DNA of 64,000 nucleotides from Escherichia phage vB_EcoM_G2540-3: sequence record MK327944.1. One strand, given 5' to 3'. Made by a program: the position numbers and the translations under genes. This document shows positions 56,415-64,000 of this stretch, piece after piece (position 1 is the stretch's first letter; each line of letters begins with the position of its first letter). The notes beneath the pieces were generated by a model. That model saw nothing but the letters and a program-made list of their open reading frames with translations. It had not been told where the DNA came from and did not search any database.

Positions 56415-56801
56415 TTATTCGAGGGAAAGAAGATACTTACTCTGGTAAAACATTCCAGTAATATCATCTATCGTGCTTTGAATGGCTGGAGGCATTTCTT
56501 TATAAATGCTGTTAGATTGATCTAGTATGCGATCAATCATTTTAATTGTGTCGGTAGGAAGTTTACTGGCATCTGGAATTGAAGGCGTGTATTTTCTACC
56601 AGAATACCCCAAATATTGCTCACCAAATTTATCAATCAAATCTGGCAACTCGGAGAAAATAAAATCGTATGCTTTGTGTCTAGCATAACTTTTAGTTTCA
56701 AAATGTGCAGAATGAAAATAAGCTTGTGCAGCCATTAATAAACCTAAGTATTCATCTGCCTTTGAAGGTTTTCCACTTTGTGAAAAGTCGCTGAATTTCA
56801 T
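56415..56801 (-). CDS. hypothetical protein, 128 aa
   Basis: ORF followed by a strong terminator. Confidence 0.5.
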   Translation of the reverse strand: MKFSDFSQSGKPSKADEYLGLLMAAQAYFHSAHFETKSYARHKAYDFIFSELPDLIDKFGEQYLGYSGRKYTPSIPDASKLPTDTIKMIDRILDQSNSIYKEMPPAIQSTIDDITGMFYQSKYLLSLE

Positions 56802-57091
56802 TCAGTCTCCAATTTAATGTTCATAATTCTAGCGTATGATTGTGCCATCTCCGCGCCTCGCTCTATACATTCAAAATCGGAAGAGCACGGGTCATTTTTA
56901 TAAGTCGTTCGCATAAAACTATAGAACTGTTCAGATGATTCTACGCTTTTGTTTTCAAAAAGCATATAAACGTGTCTAATACCAGATTCCATAAATTTAT
57001 CAAAATGAGAATCGACATTCGCTTCAATTGGTGGAGATAAAGCAAATGCTAATCCTAGCATGGCAAATAGTGCCGTTGCTTTTAAGGCCAT
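56798..57091 (-). CDS. rI: lysis-inhibition regulator rI, 97 aa
   Basis: 97 aa with N-terminal signal-anchor MALKATALFAMLGLAFALSPPIEA; position before tk. Confidence 0.75.
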   Translation of the reverse strand: MALKATALFAMLGLAFALSPPIEANVDSHFDKFMESGIRHVYMLFENKSVESSEQFYSFMRTTYKNDPCSSDFECIERGAEMAQSYARIMNIKLETE

Positions 57092-57103
57092 AAAGGCCTC
57101 CTA

Positions 57104-57316
57104 TCATTTTTGTCCTGTATTTACTTTATGCCGATGCACGGCCTTAACTTTATCAAGGTATTTTTCAAAATTTCGCAATCTAGTATAGTCTGCCGGAGAT
57201 TGGTTGAGTGATACTTCTCGACGCAAAGCTGAAATGATATTTCCAACTTCCCTACGAATTTCATCTAATTGAAGAACAGTAAGATTGCGAAGTTGCTTTT
57301 CAGTTAATTGTAGCAT
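57104..57316 (-). CDS. hypothetical protein, 70 aa (rI.1 position)
   Basis: Late promoter TATAAATA at 57342..57349 upstream. Confidence 0.5.
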
Positions 57317-57341
57317 ATATACCCCTTTAGTTAGATAAACC

Positions 57342-57349
57342 TATTTATA
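57342..57349 (-). promoter_or_regulatory. late promoter (before 57104..57316 and rI)
   Basis: Minus strand TATAAATA. Confidence 0.55.
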
Positions 57350-57358
57350 ACTTTTGCA

Positions 57359-57940
57359 CTAACCGAGCTTTTTAGTTAATTCATTCCAATGTTTTCTACA
57401 CAAAGAAACATAAATTTCATCACCAATACAGATTTGATTACCTTCTTTAACTGGTGTTCCATCTTCCATTAATCGAGCTGTTATAATAGCTTTTTTACCA
57501 CAATGACAAACTGCCTTTAGTTCAATAAGTTTATCTGCAATCGCCAAAAGTTCTTTAGAACCTTCAAATAATTTTCCAGCGAAATCAGTCCTTAGCCCAT
57601 AAGCCATAACAGGAACATTATATGTATCAACAATTCGACTTAATTGATGCACCTGTTCAGTTTTTAAAAACTGAGCTTCATCTACAAATACACAATGAAT
57701 ATCTTTTTGTGCTTCAGCCCATTTATAGAACTCAAAAATATCCATATCATCCGTAATAATATTCGCTTCCTGCTTAATTCCAATGCGAGAAACGACTTCA
57801 CAGACAGAATCGCGAGTATCAATAGCAGGCTTAAGAACTAATACACCCATTCCGCGTTCTTTATAATTATGTGCAGCAGTCAAAAGAGAAGCAGATTTTC
57901 CAGCATTCATTGCTGCGTAAGTAAAAATTAAACTCGCCAT
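57359..57940 (-). CDS. tk: thymidine kinase, 193 aa
   Basis: P-loop AAMNAGKS; 193 aa; zinc-ribbon-like CHCGK...C near the C-terminus. Confidence 0.9.
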   Translation of the reverse strand: MASLIFTYAAMNAGKSASLLTAAHNYKERGMGVLVLKPAIDTRDSVCEVVSRIGIKQEANIITDDMDIFEFYKWAEAQKDIHCVFVDEAQFLKTEQVHQLSRIVDTYNVPVMAYGLRTDFAGKLFEGSKELLAIADKLIELKAVCHCGKKAIITARLMEDGTPVKEGNQICIGDEIYVSLCRKHWNELTKKLG

Positions 57941-57949
57941 ATCACCTTC

Positions 57950-58135
57950 TTAAAGCATATTCACATAAGCTATTAATTCGTTTTCTTTCTTATCAAACCG
58001 ATCAGCAAATTCTTCTTGCTGTTCGGGAGATAGCGGGCCGTATTCATCATAAAAGGTGTTTGCTTCTGTATGCTCATCTAGAAGTTCATGGATAAGCTCA
58101 AACAATTTATCTTTTTGTTCTTTACTCAGACTCAT
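57950..58135 (-). CDS. hypothetical acidic protein, 61 aa
   Basis: ORF only. Confidence 0.45.
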   Translation of the reverse strand: MSLSKEQKDKLFELIHELLDEHTEANTFYDEYGPLSPEQQEEFADRFDKKENELIAYVNML

Positions 58136-58305
58136 ATATTAATTTCCAGGAGTTTTAAAATAATTCGCTTTTGCTTAAATATTTCCATAGTTAAATGACC
58201 AGTATCTTTTTGACCGATTCCAATGGCAAAACCTTTATTGACAGCGAGTTCAATTAAATTATCAAGCTCACGTAACACTTCATACTGTAACTCAAAACTA
58301 TTCAT
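58132..58305 (-). CDS. hypothetical small protein, 57 aa (below ORF-track cutoff)
   Basis: MNSFELQYEVLRELDNLIELAVNKG...; ATGA-coupled at both ends. Confidence 0.4.
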   Translation of the reverse strand: MNSFELQYEVLRELDNLIELAVNKGFAIGIGQKDTGHLTMEIFKQKRIILKLLEINI

Positions 58306-58514
58306 TTCGGTTTACCTTCTTTAACGAAATCTGGATAAGGATAAAATCCCGAATAAAATCCTTCACCTTTATGATTGATGCATCCTTTATTAGAACAATA
58401 GCACCAATAATCGAAATCACAAGCCATTTCATCGTTGCATAAAGCAAAAACAACTGGCCATTTACACTTTTCACAATGGGCATTTTTAAGAATACTAGTT
58501 TGGCTCATAACCAT
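58302..58514 (-). CDS. Cys-rich small protein, 70 aa
   Basis: CEKCKW...C..D...YWCYCSNKGCINH pattern suggests metal binding. Confidence 0.5.
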   Translation of the reverse strand: MVMSQTSILKNAHCEKCKWPVVFALCNDEMACDFDYWCYCSNKGCINHKGEGFYSGFYPYPDFVKEGKPK

Positions 58515-58732
58515 GTAACCTTTAAGCAGTATTCTTCTACATGCTGTTTACGACCTTTCTTATCAATAAAGGTATATTCAACGAATGTTCCAATGTAGTC
58601 TTTATCTACATCATGCGGACTATTAATTGGACATTTAGTACGGCAAATGCGTTCCCATTGACGAATAATTACTGCCTTATTCTTTGGGTCATATGGATGT
58701 GGATAATGTATATTCATAATAACGGTTCCCAA
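58505..58732 (-). CDS. hypothetical protein, 75 aa
   Basis: ORF only. Confidence 0.45.
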   Translation of the reverse strand: MGTVIMNIHYPHPYDPKNKAVIIRQWERICRTKCPINSPHDVDKDYIGTFVEYTFIDKKGRKQHVEEYCLKVTWL

Positions 58733-59181
58733 TCAACAATCACAATTTCTAATTTAGAGGAATATGTATCTAAAATCCCCTCAATAATATCCCAGTTCCC
58801 TTTACCTATGCCTGCACCAATCCTAGGCATATAGATTGTAGGTTTAATCAGTTTATTTTCACCAAACTCATTTAATTCTAACATACAATTCATTAAAGCG
58901 GAATACTCAAAATTTGGCCCTGGTTGAAATTGAGTATAAAGGTTGAAGCAATACGCTTTATGAGTCCTAAAATATTTTTCATAGACTGAGTAAGAACCGA
59001 GTTTAGTTACATCACCCCATTCAGTCTGTAATTTATCAGCTTCCAAAATTTTAGGGAAAGCTTTGGTTAATTGACCCGCTACGCCTGAACCCATAGTATG
59101 AAAACAATTGCATCCATGCGCAATATTTTTACCTTCAGCGAAAAGGGCGACAATATCGCCCTTGATATATTTTACAATCAT
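58714..59181 (-). CDS. macro-domain protein (putative ADP-ribose binding or hydrolase), 155 aa
   Basis: KGDIVALFAEGKNIAHGCNCFHTMGSGVAGQL and IYMPRIGAGIGKGNWDII match macro-domain core motifs. Confidence 0.6.
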   Translation of the reverse strand: MIVKYIKGDIVALFAEGKNIAHGCNCFHTMGSGVAGQLTKAFPKILEADKLQTEWGDVTKLGSYSVYEKYFRTHKAYCFNLYTQFQPGPNFEYSALMNCMLELNEFGENKLIKPTIYMPRIGAGIGKGNWDIIEGILDTYSSKLEIVIVDWEPLL

Positions 59182-59519
59182 CTAGTACTCAATCCTCGAT
59201 TATAAGAATCTACCAAACGGTCAACCATTGAATGACAAGCGGCTTTATCTTTCTCCTCCGCAACTGAACATTCTAAGGTATTCCACTTTTTAGCATATCG
59301 TTTTAATAATGTATCGTTTTTGTATCTGCTTGATTTATCTCTTTCTCCGTCTTTATATGCATATATTAATTTCTGCGCAAATTCAGCTTGGCATGCTTTA
59401 TTTTTCCCACAATAATCTGCCGCAGTGCGATTTACATATTCTCTAATTTCAGTATATGATGTATCTGCTAACGCAGAAAATGAAATTAATCCTATACATA
59501 AAACCAAAATTTTAGTCAT
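59178..59519 (-). CDS. secreted or periplasmic protein, 113 aa
   Basis: Signal peptide MTKILVLCIGLISFSALA; paired cysteines. Confidence 0.5.
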   Translation of the reverse strand: MTKILVLCIGLISFSALADTSYTEIREYVNRTAADYCGKNKACQAEFAQKLIYAYKDGERDKSSRYKNDTLLKRYAKKWNTLECSVAEEKDKAACHSMVDRLVDSYNRGLSTR

Positions 59520-60057
59520 TTACTATTTCCAAAAGTTTATTATTTTTAAGGTAATTAGCCTTTTCTAGGACTTCAGAAGCATATTTAGAACCTGCTTTAA
59601 CATTCCATCCCGAATTATAAGATGATATTGCTTTTCTTATATCGCCCTTATGTATATTTAACCAATAAGAAAGTTCAATGTACGCCCAGGAAGCTGAATT
59701 GGATCGTTTATTCAACATTCTTTTTATTTCAGCATCGGTCATATTATAACCAAGTTCCTTAACTCTTGCTCGCATAGTAGGCAAATAATTTTGGAACATT
59801 CCATAAGCGTGATGCTTTGGTTTAGATTTTAAATTAACTCCGCCAGAGCTTTCTTGCCATAAAATAGCAGCCATTATATGACCTAATCCGCTCTTGTGGA
59901 TATTTTTGTGTGTTTTATATTTTCCATCCTTAGAAAATTGTTCCCCGAATTGATACGCGTAACGCATGTTATCGAGTTGGACATTACTGAAAGTATGCTC
60001 GGAGCTATGTGCCATCATTGAAATGGCCAATAGACCAGCGAGTAGTGCTTTTCTCAT
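59512..60057 (-). CDS. lytic-transglycosylase-like (SLT domain) exported protein, 181 aa
   Basis: Signal peptide plus an ILWQESSG segment resembling the SLT catalytic E-S motif. Confidence 0.5.
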   Translation of the reverse strand: MRKALLAGLLAISMMAHSSEHTFSNVQLDNMRYAYQFGEQFSKDGKYKTHKNIHKSGLGHIMAAILWQESSGGVNLKSKPKHHAYGMFQNYLPTMRARVKELGYNMTDAEIKRMLNKRSNSASWAYIELSYWLNIHKGDIRKAISSYNSGWNVKAGSKYASEVLEKANYLKNNKLLEIVND

Positions 60058-60064
60058 GCTTACC

Positions 60065-60526
60065 TCATTGAGTTTTAATTACTGCTTTAGAAGCCTTTCC
60101 TGGTAAACGACGACTGTTGATAATTGCCATCCTGCATTGAAGTGACGGGTTTTTGAACTTCTCGTTAGGTTTACAAACTGTAAATCCAAGCCAAAGATTT
60201 CCATCTGTGATTTCTAAACGTCCAGGACGATATTCAACCCCATCAATAAAATCCTCGTCAATGTCAGGACGCGGAGGCATACTCAGGAATTCATTAACTT
60301 CTAAAACATGGTCTTTTATTTTATGGAATAATTCAAAAACATATGTCTCATCAATCTCCCGTTGAATTGCACGATCAAGAAGATGTTGAGAATATTTTAG
60401 ATGAAACGATGAGACTCCTGCTGCTTTTGATGCCTCACGAATCTCATTGTTAATTTGACGAAACTCCGACTCAAAATGACGACGAAGCTTATTTCTACGG
60501 ATAAAAACTTCTGTATTGATAGTCAT
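60065..60526 (-). CDS. regB: RegB site-specific endoribonuclease, 153 aa
   Basis: 153 aa; position between the tk/vs genes and denV; RBS GAGGAG; early promoter upstream. Confidence 0.65.
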   Translation of the reverse strand: MTINTEVFIRRNKLRRHFESEFRQINNEIREASKAAGVSSFHLKYSQHLLDRAIQREIDETYVFELFHKIKDHVLEVNEFLSMPPRPDIDEDFIDGVEYRPGRLEITDGNLWLGFTVCKPNEKFKNPSLQCRMAIINSRRLPGKASKAVIKTQ

Positions 60527-60553
60527 GTTATTCTCCTCTTAACTGATAGAAAA

Positions 60554-60583
60554 ATTATACCACAGTCAAGAGGAAAAGTAAAC
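60554..60583 (-). promoter_or_regulatory. T4-type early promoter (regB)
   Basis: Minus strand GTTTAC, 18 nt, TGGTATAAT. Confidence 0.65.
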
Positions 60584-60585
60584 AG

Positions 60586-60906
60586 TTATTCTTTAAATCT
60601 AATCAATTTATTCATAGACTTTGTAACTTCTGCACGAACCTCATGTAAGTTTTTAAGCTGTTCAAGACTTTGCTCATAGTAAGCAATTTCATCTTCTTCG
60701 AGGCAGTCCTGTGAATCTTCTTTAAGATAACGTGCATAGTCCTGGAAAGCTTTACGGACTACTTCCTGGAAGTCATCAAGACTTTGAATTTTCTTAGGAG
60801 CAACAGATACACGACGAGGGGCAGTATAATACTCATAACCAAACCCTGCGCTTAATTGAGCCATTAGTATTTTTCCTCTGGTTGGAACACTGCGCGACAA
60901 GCCCAC
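60586..60906 (-). CDS. hypothetical protein, 106 aa
   Basis: ORF only. Confidence 0.45.
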   Translation of the reverse strand: MGLSRSVPTRGKILMAQLSAGFGYEYYTAPRRVSVAPKKIQSLDDFQEVVRKAFQDYARYLKEDSQDCLEEDEIAYYEQSLEQLKNLHEVRAEVTKSMNKLIRFKE

Positions 60907-61130
60907 ATACTGGCTTCTTTGAGTTTCGTTTTAGCAATAGTTAACTGATCGAGGCTTTCGGCGTAATTCTTCGCGAGTTCATCATCTTCACAGCTATCAA
61001 ATGCTTCCCAGAATTCATCATATAAAGCATCAAAGATAAGCCCTAAACGAACTTCAGCATCTTTGATAGCATTCACTTTACTGATTTTATCGTCAGTATG
61101 TGGTTTATAACCTTTAATGTCTTCAATCAT
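60864..61130 (-). CDS. hypothetical acidic helical protein, 88 aa
   Basis: ORF only. Confidence 0.45.
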   Translation of the reverse strand: MIEDIKGYKPHTDDKISKVNAIKDAEVRLGLIFDALYDEFWEAFDSCEDDELAKNYAESLDQLTIAKTKLKEASMWACRAVFQPEEKY

Positions 61131-61344
61131 ATTTTACTTCCTCACCTGTTCCCAAATCATATTCAACTAAACGAATAGGTTCATGAATGCCATATCCTTG
61201 AACAGAAATTTCTGTCGTAGGATAAATTCCATTAATATCACCCATGTTCCATGCTTCGTTAAATTGCTGTTCGCCTGAATTACTAAACCACTCGGCGAAA
61301 GCATTTAGCACATCTTCAGAACCTTCAATAATTATCTTTGCCAT
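61123..61344 (-). CDS. hypothetical protein, 73 aa
   Basis: ORF only. Confidence 0.45.
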   Translation of the reverse strand: MAKIIIEGSEDVLNAFAEWFSNSGEQQFNEAWNMGDINGIYPTTEISVQGYGIHEPIRLVEYDLGTGEEVKYD

Positions 61345-61706
61345 TACAAACTCTCGGTGAAGGTACGAGCGATAACGTCGCGCTGCTGTTCCGGAGTCAG
61401 AGAGTTAAAGCGAACTGCATAACCGGATACACGGATGGTCAGCTGCGGATATTTTTCCGGATGCTTAACTGCATCTTCCAGAGTTTCACGACGCAGAACG
61501 TTAACGTTCAGGTGTTGACCACCTTCAATTTTAACTGTAGGCTGTTGCTCAATTTCAATTTCACGGGCATGCAAACCATAGAAAATTTCTGGGTCTACAA
61601 AAGAGTCCTCTTTAAAGGTTTTAGAGACAATAATTCGTGCTTGAATACCATCTTCAAAATAAATAGTACCTTTATGTGTGCCTTCAAGAATTTGATATGC
61701 TTTCAT
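61344..61706 (-). CDS. autonomous glycyl-radical cofactor (GrcA/YfiD-like), 120 aa
   Basis: C-terminal [27 protein letters not shown] carries the glycyl-radical RVSGY fingerprint. Confidence 0.75.
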   Translation of the reverse strand: MKAYQILEGTHKGTIYFEDGIQARIIVSKTFKEDSFVDPEIFYGLHAREIEIEQQPTVKIEGGQHLNVNVLRRETLEDAVKHPEKYPQLTIRVSGYAVRFNSLTPEQQRDVIARTFTESL

Positions 61707-61712
61707 ATAACC

Positions 61713-62042
61713 TCAATTAGAAAATAAATTTATCCAAGATTGTTCTTTAATTAAAAATGGCTCAGAATCATATGCCATTAAACTCTGTGTGATTAGTCCT
61801 TTAAAAGGCCCATCAATAAATTCCATGGTAAAATATGGAATTTTATTCATTAGCCGTGCATTAGGAGCCGTGCACAAAACTCTGCATCCTTTGAATACGC
61901 CTTTTTGTAATTTGTATTGCTTGGGATAAAATTCGCTCAAAATGTTATTTTTTGCCAAAATTTCAAAATGATTCACCAATTTATTTTTAATAGTTTTTGG
62001 CGAAAAATAAAGATATTCGAAAAGCTGAGTGTCTGTCATCAT
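61713..62042 (-). CDS. hypothetical protein, about 110 aa
   Basis: Start trimmed to ATG 62042, ATGA-coupled to the upstream gene. Confidence 0.45.
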   Translation of the reverse strand: MMTDTQLFEYLYFSPKTIKNKLVNHFEILAKNNILSEFYPKQYKLQKGVFKGCRVLCTAPNARLMNKIPYFTMEFIDGPFKGLITQSLMAYDSEPFLIKEQSWINLFSN

Positions 62043-62578
62043 TGCATTCCGATTACGAAAAACTGTGGACGAGTAATACCACCAATGCAACATTTAATAT
62101 TACAGCAGCAGTGTACAGTGTCAATATGGACACTATAAATCTTATCCATATCAGGAGATTTGACAGGCTCATCAATTATATACAAAATTCGCGAAAGCGA
62201 TAAACCTCTGAACTTGCTTCCTTTATTACCAATAAAACTGCGCACAGAATCAGTAAATAAACGAAAACGTATATCATCATTAGAATAACGCGAAAATTCC
62301 TTTTTAATATTATCTGCGGAAATTTTAGCGTAAGCTGAAGTATTAGAAAGAACAATAACTGTTCCACCGTCATACAACCAATTAGCGGCAAAATTAGTTA
62401 CTGCAGTTGATTTACCAGATTGACGCCCACCATCTAGTCGAAGTGTACAATACTGTTTAAGTAAGTCTTCAAATGGCGGGATATATTCGTTTTTACAAAT
62501 TTCTTCTACTCTAGCATCAGAATGGTGTGTAAAAGCATTCATCAGGGATAGATAAGGACCAGTTAAAAATGTTCTCAT
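62039..62578 (-). CDS. small P-loop NTPase, about 180 aa
   Basis: Walker A GGRQSGKST and Walker B ILYIIDEP; start trimmed to ATG 62578. Confidence 0.5.
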   Translation of the reverse strand: MRTFLTGPYLSLMNAFTHHSDARVEEICKNEYIPPFEDLLKQYCTLRLDGGRQSGKSTAVTNFAANWLYDGGTVIVLSNTSAYAKISADNIKKEFSRYSNDDIRFRLFTDSVRSFIGNKGSKFRGLSLSRILYIIDEPVKSPDMDKIYSVHIDTVHCCCNIKCCIGGITRPQFFVIGMQ

Positions 62579-62723
62579 TTTGTTCTCTCTAGGTTTGGGC
62601 CATTCCATGGCGCATGAATTGTCCATTTCTGTATTTACCCATTACCGCACTTGGGCTCGACCTTATTACAGGTTGGCGGGAATCCCTCACAGAATCATGA
62701 GGTCCAGGTTATTCCCATGTTAT

Positions 62724-63140
62724 TTAAATGTAAATATTTTTGCCGTAATACTTATACCAGTGTGGCTTCATTAAAATTTTTTCATCGAGTCGTTGTTGAC
62801 TCAACTTAATAGCTGATTTGCATGGATTATAATCATTTTTCCATTCTACTGGAATATCGCTGATGTCAGGAACTTCAGTATCTTTTATACTGAACCCGCG
62901 TTTTAAGCATTCCGTTATAATGTCCGATTGACGCTTTCGCAAAAATTCTAACTTATCGTAAAAGAAAGTAACATGACCAGAACCTAAAATAAATTTAGAA
63001 GATATTTTAAAATCTTTAACGCGCTTACCGTTTGCCACATGCTTACGAACTATACCAAAAACACGCGGCAATTCACGGTATTCTGCGATTAAATGTTGAT
63101 CAGCAAGTTCAGATACTAAAGTCAAATTAATACGAGTCAT
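62724..63140 (-). CDS. denV: endonuclease V (DenV) pyrimidine-dimer DNA glycosylase, 138 aa
   Basis: 138 aa; N-terminal [27 protein letters not shown] matches the DenV family. Confidence 0.9.
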   Translation of the reverse strand: MTRINLTLVSELADQHLIAEYRELPRVFGIVRKHVANGKRVKDFKISSKFILGSGHVTFFYDKLEFLRKRQSDIITECLKRGFSIKDTEVPDISDIPVEWKNDYNPCKSAIKLSQQRLDEKILMKPHWYKYYGKNIYI

Positions 63141-63165
63141 TTTATCCCTCCAAGTAACTGTGAAT

Positions 63166-63195
63166 ATACTATCACAATTCTAGGAGAAAGTAAAC
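63166..63195 (-). promoter_or_regulatory. T4-type early promoter (denV)
   Basis: Minus strand GTTTAC, 18 nt, TAGTAT. Confidence 0.55.
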
Positions 63196-63199
63196 AACT

Positions 63200-63730
<531 letters not shown>

Positions 63731-63731
63731 T

Positions 63732-64000
63732 TAAAAGAGGCTGTTCATTATTCGGTAAAGTGAAGGACCCATCACATATTGCCACTGAGTACGAGGAATA
63801 AGAGCAAAAGCATCCATCTCTGGAATCATAACGCCATCTTTATTTTCAAAATAAGACTCGCAATGGCAATTTCTAAACATCTCATGCTCTACTGGAATCG
63901 TATAATAAAATAACTGTAAGTCTTTATTACTAGAATATTTAAATACACCTAAGTCTTCTAGAAGGTCTGGATTATAATCGATAAAACCAGTCTCTTCTGA
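63732..64000 (-). CDS. hypothetical protein, C-terminal part only (gene continues beyond the window end)
   Basis: Open frame ending ...ALIPRTQWQYVMGPSLYRIMNSLF with stop at 63732; N-terminus outside the window. Confidence 0.5.

Noticed and set aside
62579-62723. Possible tRNA in the GC-rich interval before denV
   Set aside because: No cloverleaf could be drawn; the GGTCGAGCC segment lacks the GTTCGA T-loop and there is no acceptor-stem pairing. It is kept only as a possible structured leader.

Overview
This window is the early/middle gene region of a T-even (T4-like) myovirus, colinear with roughly the first 64 kb of the T4 map, running from rIIA to lysozyme e. Almost all genes are on the minus strand and are transcribed from high to low coordinate. 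Recognisable core genes: rIIA, topoisomerase gp39 (606 aa, gp60-equivalent region fused), DexA, Dda, ModA/ModB, Soc, gp56, primase gp61, helicase gp41, UvsX, gp42, DNA polymerase gp43, RegA, clamp loader gp62/gp44, clamp gp45, RpbA, gp46/gp47, alpha-glucosyltransferase, sigma factor gp55, NrdH/NrdG/NrdD, endonuclease VII, NrdC, rI, thymidine kinase, RegB, DenV and lysozyme e. Several features point to a T2/T6-type rather than T4-type relative: the fused 39/60 gene, a 280-aa DxD glycosyltransferase where T4 has beta-gt, and no ipII/ipIII between denV and e. The window carries five paralogous HNH homing-endonuclease genes and two GIY-YIG genes, many T4-type early promoters (GTTTAC, 18-nt spacer, TATAAT-like), a few MotA-box middle promoters, late promoters (TATAAATA) before soc, rI.1/rI and e, and numerous UUCG-tetraloop hairpins. 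I did not find one clearly novel system. The items most worth a second look are a frameshifted tandem paralogue, a plus-strand membrane ORF, a macro-domain gene, endonuclease genes sharing 5' sequence with their neighbours, promoters embedded in inverted repeats, and a structured non-coding leader before the gene downstream of denV. All calls rest on reading the sequence and recalled family knowledge; no database search was run.
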